From Ignavibacteriota bacterium (GTDB lineage: Bacteria; Bacteroidota; Ignavibacteria; UBA10030; UBA6906), in NCBI GenBank assembly GCA_963801355.1, contig CAWDEM010000008.1:1792001-1856000 (forward strand): a stretch of DNA of 64,000 nt, given 5' to 3'. Of this stretch, positions 43,815 through 53,630 are shown one piece after another (the stretch's first letter is position 1; the number at the start of each line of letters is the position of its first letter). Made by a program: the position numbers and the translations under genes. A model generated the notes under the pieces. That model saw only the letters and a program-made list of their open reading frames with translations, ran no database searches and was not told the DNA's origin.

Positions 43815-46169
43815 TCAGACGACGACTGACCTGAGCTTGGCTTTCTTCGATGACACCAATGAGACAACAGAAACGCTCACATAGAAGCTGAGCCCTACAA
43901 AAAGGGTCAGCGTAAGACCAAAGAGCATGGACAGGATGACGGCGAGCACCGAGCCCAGGACGGACATAGAGCCATTGATCCCATACATCCATGGGATGTA
44001 TTGATCTTTGTGATCCTCCGCCAGCAATTGAATGCACGATGGGAAGGGAATCCCCAACAGAAACGCAAGCGGAAGGACGATCAGGAACGTTACCGCCGCA
44101 CGCAGGGGCAAGGCCAACTCGAGAGCTTTCCCAAGGATCACCGGCGAAGCGACAAAGAACAGGATGCCGACCACCACGATGGCGATGCTGACAATGTGCA
44201 ACCTCCTGAAGGAGTCTGCTCCAAAGAGGTGCTTTCCGCTATAGCTCCCGGTTCCCATCCCGACCAGCAACGAGCTTAGAAGAACCGACAACGAGATGGT
44301 TGGCGAGCCCAGATATAACACAAGTTTCTGGAAGAGCGAGACCTCCAGAATCATGAATCCCAATCCAAGGCAAGCAAAGATCGTCAACGGAGGAGCAGCC
44401 TCAGGCTGTCTGCTGCCGGCACTGTTCCGCTTGAGGGATCTGTAGGGAAGCCACACAGCCAGGAAATTGAAACCGACGGTTCCCATCAGAAGCCACAGAT
44501 ACTCATCAGGGATGCCCGTTTCCTTTTTGTAGAAGTATGGCCTATCATCCGTGCACGGCGAAAGGTCATATTCGGCCTGACGGACGTAAGTCTGAAGTTG
44601 ACCAGGAGATTGGGAGACTTGCGCGAGGAACCGGGTTGTCGCCGAAGGAATACCGTCTGTCAGGCCAAAGGGCAGGTAGTTGGCCGTGGGAAACCCCTGC
44701 GGCAAATGCTTGCAGGCTTCCTGCCAGCGCAGGGCTTCGTCGCGTGTATAGGCGTTTCTTTTGATGACGAGGGTCGGGGCATACTCGGCCTCGAGAACCA
44801 CAAAATGATTCTTGATTTCGTCTCCTGAGACTCCCAGATCCTGGAAAACACTGACGGCGGTGGAGAGCAGCCGCATCAGCTCCCACTCATTGTGTACGGT
44901 AAGAATCAATCTGCCTTCCCCGGTCAGTTTCTCCAGATAGTCTTCGAGCGCTTCTTTCGTAAGAAGGAAGTTCTCGCTCGTTGCGAACGGCTGGATGTTC
45001 TGCATTTGTGCAGTAGAGGGAAGAGCCATGACGATAAGGTCGAACGGGTCGTTCGCTTGCTTGACGAAGTGTCTTCCTTCCTCAACCATGATCCGCACGT
45101 TGGGAAAATCCGAGTAGATGCCCCCGTCGAACTCCTTATGATCCCTCACGATCCTGACGAAATCGGGATTTACCTCCACGCCCGTAATCGTGCCCGCCTC
45201 TCCGAACAGACCGAGCAATACCTCCTTCCCGCCTCCCGGGCCGATGACCAACATCGAACGCTTCTCATCCTTCTTCATGCATAAGAAAGGAATGGAGTTG
45301 GTCTGCTGCAGCAACAACGCCGGCAGGATTGACGCGGTATGCTGAACGTTTCCGTTGAACCGGTACACCTGGGTTCCCGCCGCACCATCCACAAAGAGCT
45401 GCCGCACCATGTCCTGGTGGCTGTATTGAACCAGGTCTGATCTCCCGTAGATACTCCAGCGGCTGTCGATGATTCTGGGAGTGGTTGCTACGCCCGGATA
45501 GACATAATAGAAGTCCTTTTCGGGAAAATTGCCGATTGGAACCATCCCGAGAAACTCATTCCTGCCATTAAGGAACAGAAAGATAAACGAGAGGGAGAGA
45601 ACGAAATAGAGCAGGATTCGCTTGCCCGGAGCAATCCGCGCGTGTACGAACATCGCGGACAGGGTGAACGCCACGAGAGCCACCAGGATGATGCTATTCG
45701 GTGCCCCCAGGAGAGTTATCAACCCTAGGGAGGCCAGAGAACCCACCGCAGCACCGGACACGTCTGATGCGTAAAGGCTAAAGCTCGAGGAGGAGCAGGC
45801 TTTGTAGATCTGCGCGTAGACGATGCCGCCGAAGAAAAAAGGAAGGAACAGCAGGAAGAGAAAGACTAACGGATATGTAATCGAAAGCTTGATCGTGGCA
45901 ATGATGAAAACGCAGATCGACGCACCAAGGCCGAACATGACGCGATTCACCACCCTGAGCGGATCATCGCCCGTCTTGATCCTGTAGTACGAGAACACAC
46001 CTCCGGAGCCTATGCCCAGAAGAGCAAGCGATAGGATGATGAACGCATAGTCCTGGACAAAAACGACCGATGCGATGCGCGTAGAGACGATCTCGAAGCA
46101 GAGAACCGATGCGGAGAGAAGAAAGACCGACGCATACACCAATATCTTACTCGTTGTTCGCAAGACCAT
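43815..46169 (-). CDS. Polytopic membrane protein with central spermidine-synthase-like class I SAM-dependent domain
   Basis: N- and C-terminal TM bundles flank 'LVIGPGGGKE', 'GVEVNP', 'EGRHF', 'FDLI', 'TDDRPYF'. Confidence 0.85.
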   Translation of the reverse strand: MVLRTTSKILVYASVFLLSASVLCFEIVSTRIASVVFVQDYAFIILSLALLGIGSGGVFSYYRIKTGDDPLRVVNRVMFGLGASICVFIIATIKLSITYPLVFLFLLFLPFFFGGIVYAQIYKACSSSSFSLYASDVSGAAVGSLASLGLITLLGAPNSIILVALVAFTLSAMFVHARIAPGKRILLYFVLSLSFIFLFLNGRNEFLGMVPIGNFPEKDFYYVYPGVATTPRIIDSRWSIYGRSDLVQYSHQDMVRQLFVDGAAGTQVYRFNGNVQHTASILPALLLQQTNSIPFLCMKKDEKRSMLVIGPGGGKEVLLGLFGEAGTITGVEVNPDFVRIVRDHKEFDGGIYSDFPNVRIMVEEGRHFVKQANDPFDLIVMALPSTAQMQNIQPFATSENFLLTKEALEDYLEKLTGEGRLILTVHNEWELMRLLSTAVSVFQDLGVSGDEIKNHFVVLEAEYAPTLVIKRNAYTRDEALRWQEACKHLPQGFPTANYLPFGLTDGIPSATTRFLAQVSQSPGQLQTYVRQAEYDLSPCTDDRPYFYKKETGIPDEYLWLLMGTVGFNFLAVWLPYRSLKRNSAGSRQPEAAPPLTIFACLGLGFMILEVSLFQKLVLYLGSPTISLSVLLSSLLVGMGTGSYSGKHLFGADSFRRLHIVSIAIVVVGILFFVASPVILGKALELALPLRAAVTFLIVLPLAFLLGIPFPSCIQLLAEDHKDQYIPWMYGINGSMSVLGSVLAVILSMLFGLTLTLFVGLSFYVSVSVVSLVSSKKAKLRSVVV

Positions 46170-46321
46170 CAGTCGTCATTTGGTTAATCCCGGATCTTCA
46201 GACAAGATGAGGGAGGACTCTAACACCGTTGACATCAGATCCTCCCTATGCAAGCGAGGCTCCTGCTTTGGCGAGACCAGGCGCCTCGCATCTTCACATC
46301 CTTGACATGTATCACCCGACC

Positions 46322-48724
46322 CTACTTCACCATGACGAATTTTTTCGTTGCGCTGAAGGTGCCTGAGGTCAACCGATAGAAATACACTCCGCTGGCAAGG
46401 TCGCGACCATCAAAGGTCACCGTGTACTGGCCCGGTGACTGCACCTCGTCGACCAATGTCCGGATCTCCCTTCCCAGAATGTCCAAAACGTCCAGCGTCA
46501 CCTGTGACGAATGAGGCACACTATAACGAATCGACGTTGAGGGGTTGAAGGGGTTGGGGAAGTTCTGCGCCAACTCAAATGCCGCTGGGAGCATGGACGC
46601 AGTCTCCGAAACGCTGACCGGGTTGTCTTTGACAAATTGCGCCATCCATGTGAGCGCAGGTCTTGACGTTCCGGTGTACCGGACCAGATAGCATGATGAC
46701 TGCCACACTTGTCCTTCCCGGTATCCCCACATCGTGATTCCTTTCACGCCCGGATGCCTCCACAGGACCGGAAAGACCTTCTGGTACAACTGCAGCTGTT
46801 GCGCGTCGTTCGGTGTGCCTGAGTTACCCAGGTTGCCGAGGTCAAATTCAGTAATATAGATGGGCAATCCCGTCGCAGCGAGCCTTGTCAAATTGCCCTT
46901 GAGCATGTTCGTATCGGCGCCTTCAAGTTCAAAGCGATGCCCTTGGACACCGATGCCGTCGATCAGACCCCGGTCCTTCAACAGATTGATGATCTGGAGG
47001 TAGGACGTCGTGGCTCCATTCTCGTTGATGATGCCAAAATCATTCAACAGCAGTTTTGCGTTGGGCAGATATTGCCTCGCCAACGCGAACGCTCGTATGA
47101 CCCAGTCCCATCCTGTCGCACCATTGCCACCCAGCGCATTTTTGTAATTCGCACGCCCCGAAGTTCCATCCGGCGGATTGTGTCCAGGCAATGGCTCATT
47201 TACGACATCTATCTGGCCCATGTCGGGATATCTCTGCCCCACCATTCTGAACCATGTCTCGATGTACCCTGCCTGCGTAGCGGAATCAAGACTTGAAATC
47301 CAGGCAGGCTGCTGTGCGCCCCAGATCAGGGTATGATGTTTGTAGACAAGATGGTTGTTCCTTGCGTAGTTGTAAGCCGCGTCAAGTCCCGTCCAGTTCC
47401 ACTGTGATGTGTCGGTTGAGACCCCGACGGATCCCCATTTGCCTGCATTTTCCGGTGTGACCTGGTTCCAGTATTTGATGAAGTTGGTGTCCGTACCGCT
47501 ATACGAGCAACCGATGAATTTCGACATACCCGAGGCGATTGCAGGCCCTTTCCAGATTGCGTTGGTGTCCACTGGCGTGCCAGACTTGCCGGCCTGCACA
47601 CTGTCGAGGTTCGCAACGGTAAAGTTCAGCGAGGTTTTGCCAAACGCGAGTTTGTCGATGTCCAGTCCGTTTTCACGACCTCCGATCTGGAACGTCTGGT
47701 CAAGACTGTCAATGTTCACAACAAACGGCTGTCCAGGCGTGCTCTGGTAGCCGTTCTTCATATTGACCCATTTCCAGACCCCGGTGCCAAGGCTTCCCGG
47801 GCCATCGACGACATCCGTTGGGCTGGAGAATCCAGCAGACGCGAGGCCGTTGACAATGATCCAGTCTGCAGTGGCCGTGTCTCGCTTGACGCCAAATCCA
47901 TTCCCATAGAAATAGCTGTCATCATCGAAACTGGCCGCCCCGATGCGCACGCGCGCGAAGAGATTGTACTTTCCGGAATCCGCAAACGCGACGTGATACG
48001 TGATCATGCGGCTCGTATCGCCCGGGGCACCGCCGCTGATGAAATTCGTTGCAACGGAAGTATACGTGACGCTCCCATCCAGCAGAACGGGAAAGTTGCT
48101 GCCGTGGTCACCGGATTCTGCCTCTACGATGACCGGAAGCGTGCCGGCATTTATATCAACGATTCGGAGATCGTCAACATAGATTGCGTTGCTCGTGTCC
48201 GCGGCGTAGTTGAAGTGGATGGGCGCTCGAATGACGGTTTGGTTGTCGGTCACGGTAAACGTCATCGTGTACTTCTGCCACTGGGTCGAAAGCGTTGCCG
48301 GCCGCAGGGCTTTGTACTCGGAATAGGAATAATTCCCGACCGTAAGATTCACCTGGGCACCCGCCTTCGCTGCTTTTGCCCATATGGAGTAGTTATAGGT
48401 CGCCCCAGGTCTCGCGGGGATGCTGTCCGCGACGATCTGAATATCCCATTGATTTGTCCCCAGACCGTGAACGGTCACTTTGAGCGCCTGGCTTCCCTGT
48501 CGAACGGTGTCGCTCACGATCTCGTACACGGGGGGCGGAGAGATGGTGTTCACAAATTGAACGAGCCAGCCCCTGGTGCCTGTCGCCGTGATATCACCCA
48601 CGCTGGAGCTTTCAAAGCCTCCGTTGGTGACAAGCTGCGCATGCAGCGCTGTCGAGCCGGGAATCACAAGGAGTACCACCGAGAGGACCAGACCTCCGAT
48701 GCGTCGCAGCGTAAATCCCTTCAT
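46322..48724 (-). CDS. GH10 endo-1,4-beta-xylanase with N-terminal CBM4_9/22-like domain and T9SS CTD
   Basis: 'NGGFE' CBM start, 'TPENAGKW', 'HTLIW', 'DVVNEP', 'QGH', 'ITEFD'. CTD 'QNFPNPFNPST'. GGAGG RBS before the ATG at 48724. Confidence 0.93.
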   Translation of the reverse strand: MKGFTLRRIGGLVLSVVLLVIPGSTALHAQLVTNGGFESSSVGDITATGTRGWLVQFVNTISPPPVYEIVSDTVRQGSQALKVTVHGLGTNQWDIQIVADSIPARPGATYNYSIWAKAAKAGAQVNLTVGNYSYSEYKALRPATLSTQWQKYTMTFTVTDNQTVIRAPIHFNYAADTSNAIYVDDLRIVDINAGTLPVIVEAESGDHGSNFPVLLDGSVTYTSVATNFISGGAPGDTSRMITYHVAFADSGKYNLFARVRIGAASFDDDSYFYGNGFGVKRDTATADWIIVNGLASAGFSSPTDVVDGPGSLGTGVWKWVNMKNGYQSTPGQPFVVNIDSLDQTFQIGGRENGLDIDKLAFGKTSLNFTVANLDSVQAGKSGTPVDTNAIWKGPAIASGMSKFIGCSYSGTDTNFIKYWNQVTPENAGKWGSVGVSTDTSQWNWTGLDAAYNYARNNHLVYKHHTLIWGAQQPAWISSLDSATQAGYIETWFRMVGQRYPDMGQIDVVNEPLPGHNPPDGTSGRANYKNALGGNGATGWDWVIRAFALARQYLPNAKLLLNDFGIINENGATTSYLQIINLLKDRGLIDGIGVQGHRFELEGADTNMLKGNLTRLAATGLPIYITEFDLGNLGNSGTPNDAQQLQLYQKVFPVLWRHPGVKGITMWGYREGQVWQSSCYLVRYTGTSRPALTWMAQFVKDNPVSVSETASMLPAAFELAQNFPNPFNPSTSIRYSVPHSSQVTLDVLDILGREIRTLVDEVQSPGQYTVTFDGRDLASGVYFYRLTSGTFSATKKFVMVK

Positions 48725-48755
48725 GTCTGCCTCCAATTGTTATTGTCTGAAATAC

Positions 48756-51269
48756 TCATCTTGTGAGAAGTTCATTAGCGGCATTCACCAGAAAAACATA
48801 CTCGGCACAGATATCGATGACACATTCATTCTCACCCCAAAGGAAAGGCCAATCTTCTTTATTTTCCAGGAAATCAGGCTTCAGCAAGAGCACCCCGGGG
48901 ACGACTCCTCCGGCGATAAATGAGAAGTCCCCCCTGTTGCTCCCATAGGTTCTCGTTTTTGAGTGCGTCCCAACACCTGCGACAAACGAGATATTTGAAT
49001 ACGGATGGCAGCCGAACAGGTAGTTCAATGCTTTCAAAACATCCTCGCGCCCGACGAGATTCGGAAAAGTCTTGTGCAAATAGTAGTTCGTAATAGACCA
49101 ATTGATCAGTTCGGAATTTCCGGCCCATCCCCTTGTTCCGATGAGGACTCCGTAAGGGTTCTGTTGACTGAATTTGTCAATGCCCTCCCGGTATTTCTGG
49201 ACATACTTTTGCAGCTTTGACCTGTATTCTTGGGGCATATACTGTAGGGCCTTTGCTGCGGTCGCGATATTCCAGGCCAAACCTGAATCCAATTGAGACC
49301 ATATCAGCTCATCGAATCTTTTCCGGTATTGATCATTCTTCGTTGTTATAAGGAGTTGCAGCGCCGCCGAACACTCCGCATTGCTGAAGAACCAGGGAAT
49401 CCTTCCGAATTGCGCGGGCAGCGGTTCATTCCGTTCCTTGTTCCAGGCATTCTCAGCAATGGAAAGAGCTTCAGTCGAGAGAGGTTCATCGTAGTCCTTC
49501 AGAGCGCGGCTTGCGGCCGCCAGTGCGGCGATCGCGGAATAGTTGAGAAAGGGAAACTTCGGCGTGAAGACCCACCGGTCGTCAAGGGTCCCACTCGTCA
49601 ATCCATCCGTCTCGTAAGGTTTGAGCTTGGGATTGTATGGAAGATTGTCGGTTATTGTTGATGCATCTCCCAGGTGGTGATATTCATGAAGATAAGGGAA
49701 ATTGATTCCTCGCACTGCAAAACCGACATTTTTGAATTGCGCAATGAGCTGGAGAGTCCCATGCTCGATCTGCTGAACGATATCAGGTCGGCCATCGGGA
49801 CGATGAATTTCAACGAATCGATTTTTTTGATCGACAAACGTCTCATCGCGGTGGAGGTGGAAATTCTCCCATGACTCTACAAAACTCTGAATGGTCGTAC
49901 AGTGGTGCGCAGTTTCAATATCAAAGTCACCGGCATCAAACCACCCTCCGACATCCAATCCGGGAATATGTTCCAGCGGCGAGTACTTGGTATGCGTTGT
50001 GGAATCCATCCAGTACCCATCGAAATGCCTTATATTCACGGGAGCCTGCAGCGCATCGTCACGGAAAGGAACTCCATGCCAGACACGATAAGCTTCCCTG
50101 ACGAGCATGTGATCCATCTGAACGGGGAACCATACGTCAAGCGTCGGCTGCCAGACGTTGCTATAGACCTGCGTGGCAATCGGGAATGCTTCTGTTTGTT
50201 GGTCGCCATATTGTATGCGATACAAGCCGCTGTCCTTTACGGACGTAAAATTAAACGTCACGTAGTTGTACCGGAGAAATTCTCCCCACGGCTTGATCTT
50301 GCCTGCAAATTTCTCCACAGACTTGCCGTCTCGCGTAATCTGGCAGAGGGTTGCCGTCTGCAGCGGCGTGGTATTCTTGTCCAACTCTATTACCGCGATC
50401 TTGTCCTGCGATGGATGGTATCCCACCTGCGAGAACCCAACAACAGGCTGTCGTGTCCAGTTCGGAATAGTATTTGGCTCGAGGTACCATTCGATCACGG
50501 TGCCCGTTTTATTTGCCGGGATCAGACTGCGCACGACGAACCAACCATTCTGTGCGAGGAGTCGTCCATCATACAGCATCAAGTCTTCACTGGAAGAGTG
50601 AATTCTCACGTAGCGTTCCGGATCCTCCGGTGCCATGGCCAGCGTCTTGCATTTCACGAGAGGGATCGGGACGAGGAATTCACCTCGGCCCCGGTCGTCG
50701 AACGTTGAATATCCATTGAACTGAGGAATCTTCTGTGACAGGGGGCGGACTTCCGCGCTGCTGGAGGGATAGCGCGGGAAAATACCGGGCTGTGCATCAG
50801 CCAGGTACGTCTTCTCAAAGTAAGCGGAAGGAAGAAATTCGAGATTGAAGCCCGCGGTCCCAACAAGCTTTTCGGGGAGGGGCTTATCGAGATGTACACG
50901 AATCAAGACTCCATCGTCCTTTGCCGCTACAGTCACCCTGGAATCAAAATCGTAGCTGTCGTAGCGCAACTTCACTTCAATGGAATTGTTTTTCTTGTCC
51001 AGTGCGTTTCCCGCCATGGTGGGAATCTGGTCCCATTGTTCCGGCGTCGGCTGGAGTCGGACGGCGCCCCCTGTTGCAGTTCGGACACCGTGATGAATAA
51101 TCTCGATGCCTGCGGTCTTTTCGTCAAAAAAGAACCCGTTGTATTGATTGTTGAAAACGAACACATTGAGACCCCGAGTCTCCAGGTAGCCACGATCGTT
51201 CACATGTAGCTTCTGGCAGAATACTGTGGCAGGCAAGAGAATCAAGAGGATGGCGAGCATGCGTCGCAT
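48756..51269 (-). CDS. GH9-family glycoside hydrolase with Ig-like domain and N-terminal extension
   Basis: 'SQVGY.P...K' Ig-like segment, 'GGWFDAGD', 'YLFG.HP...SFV.GVG', 'ENE..ID'. Confidence 0.85.
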   Translation of the reverse strand: MRRMLAILLILLPATVFCQKLHVNDRGYLETRGLNVFVFNNQYNGFFFDEKTAGIEIIHHGVRTATGGAVRLQPTPEQWDQIPTMAGNALDKKNNSIEVKLRYDSYDFDSRVTVAAKDDGVLIRVHLDKPLPEKLVGTAGFNLEFLPSAYFEKTYLADAQPGIFPRYPSSSAEVRPLSQKIPQFNGYSTFDDRGRGEFLVPIPLVKCKTLAMAPEDPERYVRIHSSSEDLMLYDGRLLAQNGWFVVRSLIPANKTGTVIEWYLEPNTIPNWTRQPVVGFSQVGYHPSQDKIAVIELDKNTTPLQTATLCQITRDGKSVEKFAGKIKPWGEFLRYNYVTFNFTSVKDSGLYRIQYGDQQTEAFPIATQVYSNVWQPTLDVWFPVQMDHMLVREAYRVWHGVPFRDDALQAPVNIRHFDGYWMDSTTHTKYSPLEHIPGLDVGGWFDAGDFDIETAHHCTTIQSFVESWENFHLHRDETFVDQKNRFVEIHRPDGRPDIVQQIEHGTLQLIAQFKNVGFAVRGINFPYLHEYHHLGDASTITDNLPYNPKLKPYETDGLTSGTLDDRWVFTPKFPFLNYSAIAALAAASRALKDYDEPLSTEALSIAENAWNKERNEPLPAQFGRIPWFFSNAECSAALQLLITTKNDQYRKRFDELIWSQLDSGLAWNIATAAKALQYMPQEYRSKLQKYVQKYREGIDKFSQQNPYGVLIGTRGWAGNSELINWSITNYYLHKTFPNLVGREDVLKALNYLFGCHPYSNISFVAGVGTHSKTRTYGSNRGDFSFIAGGVVPGVLLLKPDFLENKEDWPFLWGENECVIDICAEYVFLVNAANELLTR

Positions 51270-51327
51270 GACACTCTCCTTATGTGCAGTCCAGAGACCT
51301 GCTGAAGGAATGGTGGCTTCGAGAATT

Positions 51328-51513
51328 CTATTCTTTGATTTCAGCTATATACTTGTCGCCGCATCGATGACAGACCGACAGAGGCTTCATGCGCGACCTG
51401 GTGTCAATGGTGCGGTTGAGAACATAGCCTTCGTCGCTCAACTGCCCGCACATTCTACATCGGAGATTGCAGGAGTTCGTCACCGTGAAAGAAATGAACC
51501 GTGGGAAGTTCAT
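51328..51513 (-). pseudogene. Internally deleted radical SAM(/SPASM) gene remnant
   Basis: 61 aa in which 'TVTNSCNLRCRMC' (CxxxCxxC) is joined almost directly to a C-terminal 'VCHRCG.KY'. Confidence 0.7.
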
Positions 51514-51529
51514 CGCTGGCCTGCAGAGA

Positions 51530-53302
51530 TCACTGTGGTTTGATTCCCAGAGATGCGAGTTTTTGATCTAGAACATCCGTGTAGACGGTTATGGTGTGTT
51601 TTGTTTTCAGGCGGTTGTGCGTCTCCTTTGTGATCGCTTCTCTGTAATATGTTATGAAATCATCCGTGATTGTCTTTTCGACATCTTTGAACGACAGTAG
51701 TTTCTCCTCTCGTACCGCCATGCACTTGATGAGTGCATACTGTTTCCCTCTGGCCGAATCGACATATTCGATTGGTCCCGCGGTTTCGTAGAGTTTCAGT
51801 TGAAAAGCGGGTTCCCCGAGATACGGAGGTTCATCTTCCAAATACGTGTCGAGGGTCCCGTCCCGTTTCCGTACGTACGTTTTCACAAAAATCTCGGGTG
51901 CGAGCCTCTCAAATGGGACATTCTGTTCGAGTTTATGTTTCGCTTCCTCAATGACCTTTTTACTTGAATCTATGACTGCATAGATATTCACCTTCGCCAA
52001 CTGATAGAACAAGGAATCCTTGTGTCCCTCATAGAAGTCTTCGAGGGCTTTGTCAGTTGCAGCGGGAATTCGATCTTCAATTTCGTGGGCATCATAGAGC
52101 CGGAGAATTTCGTTGCGCAGCACAGGATTCTTCGTCTGCGCATGGAAGATTTCTTCCTCGAGTTTCAGGGCCCTCGCTTTCTTCACAAGCATGTCGGTTC
52201 GTACTGCCTCAAGGATATACTTCTTGATATTGTCTTCGGTGACGGGGCTGACGTTTCCCCATTTCAAGACCTCGTCCAACAAGCGGAGATAATCCGACAA
52301 ATCGATCTGGCCTCCGGCATGCCTGAGAATGACGAGGTTCCTCCTCCCTGTAATGGCTTTGCGCAGGGTATCCGAATAACCGGTTTCGTAGAAGTGAGGA
52401 ATGCGGGACCACCGTGCCAGTTGTTGTAAAGCTCTGCGATTCCACGCCAACCTTTTTTCATCAATGAGGTTTTTCTTTGTCCTTTCAAACTCATGCAAGC
52501 AGATGTCTGCGTACTTTCCGTCCAGGGCCCTCCGGATATCTTCCTTCACGTCTTCATACGGCGGAACATCTGTTTTCCGCACCTCGGCCACTTTCACTAC
52601 GTATATGGATTCTTTGCCTTCTATGACACGTACGTCATTCGCCGCAAGATGATATATGGTGGAATTGAGATTGCTCAGGAGACTCATTTTCCAGTTCAGA
52701 GGCGGCATGAGATCACCCTGACGGGATGAGCCATCGGGCTGCGAATAGCTCTTTGCCACTGATGCAAAGTCCGCTCCATTAAGAATCTGATCCCTGATAT
52801 TGTTCGCACGGGATCTTAACAATGTCAGGACCTCTGGTGATGCATGCTTAGGTTTTGCCAGGACTATCTCCTGATAGACCACCTCCTTGCCCATATCCGC
52901 GTATGCACTTCTCCCGGAGTCTTCGTTTACGTACCTGTCGTAGAATTGCGTTTCATAGTACCGGACGACCAATTCTTCACTGATTTCCCGTCTTATCCCC
53001 TGGAGAAGTTCCGAGTTTTTGTTGAGTCCCAGGGCAAAGAAATCAATGAGTTTCAACTGGTTCACTATTTTTTCATCCACGGCTTTGTGGTACGCCTTCG
53101 CTTTGTTCGCCCGGTGCTTGTATATGAGGTGTGAATCATAGATGTATTGCTCTATGTCGGCAAAACTGATCGTATATTTGCCGTCGATTCTCGCGATGAT
53201 ATCATGGCGAGAAGAATCCTGTGCACGACAGCTCATGAACACCGCCAATGCCAAGAGTCCCTGAAGAGAAGAACGAAGTAGGAAGTGCGCTCTATGTATC
53301 AT
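51530..53302 (-). CDS. SurA/PrsA-like parvulin peptidyl-prolyl isomerase, probable lipoprotein
   Basis: 'IIARIDG', 'GADFASVAKSYSQ...S.QGDL', 'YEDVKEDI', second degenerate parvulin domain, lipobox-like 'VFMSC'. Start moved to 53302 because the ORF-track start lies inside a terminator. Confidence 0.8.
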   Translation of the reverse strand: MIHRAHFLLRSSLQGLLALAVFMSCRAQDSSRHDIIARIDGKYTISFADIEQYIYDSHLIYKHRANKAKAYHKAVDEKIVNQLKLIDFFALGLNKNSELLQGIRREISEELVVRYYETQFYDRYVNEDSGRSAYADMGKEVVYQEIVLAKPKHASPEVLTLLRSRANNIRDQILNGADFASVAKSYSQPDGSSRQGDLMPPLNWKMSLLSNLNSTIYHLAANDVRVIEGKESIYVVKVAEVRKTDVPPYEDVKEDIRRALDGKYADICLHEFERTKKNLIDEKRLAWNRRALQQLARWSRIPHFYETGYSDTLRKAITGRRNLVILRHAGGQIDLSDYLRLLDEVLKWGNVSPVTEDNIKKYILEAVRTDMLVKKARALKLEEEIFHAQTKNPVLRNEILRLYDAHEIEDRIPAATDKALEDFYEGHKDSLFYQLAKVNIYAVIDSSKKVIEEAKHKLEQNVPFERLAPEIFVKTYVRKRDGTLDTYLEDEPPYLGEPAFQLKLYETAGPIEYVDSARGKQYALIKCMAVREEKLLSFKDVEKTITDDFITYYREAITKETHNRLKTKHTITVYTDVLDQKLASLGIKPQ

Positions 53303-53391
53303 GCATAGCTCATGAAAGATGTGATCAACGCGACGAGTAAGAATGAAGATCGCAGGCAAGAAGGACACTCCGGGGCCGGCATCCCTAATAA

Positions 53392-53428
53392 CAAAAATAA
53401 AACCCTGACAAGCCACTATCAGGGTTTT
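53392..53428 (-). terminator. Rho-independent terminator after the TBDR/T9SS-cargo pair
   Basis: Minus strand AAAACCCTGA-tagtggcttg-TCAGGGTTTT followed by ATTTTTG. Confidence 0.75.
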
Positions 53429-53630
53429 GTAACGGACCCAGAGAGATCATGCCACCTCTCCACCCCTCACGCAAGTCGCAATGTGGTGCCCTGCCCTGAT
53501 CTCCTGATTGACAATGAGCACAACGCTTTGAAGTCCCGCCCTGACCCGGAGTTGGAGGCATGCGGTCGCCTCTAACTCCGGGCGCAAAACCCCATCCCCC
53601 GGATGGCTCAGAGCGGGATGACACCTGTCC

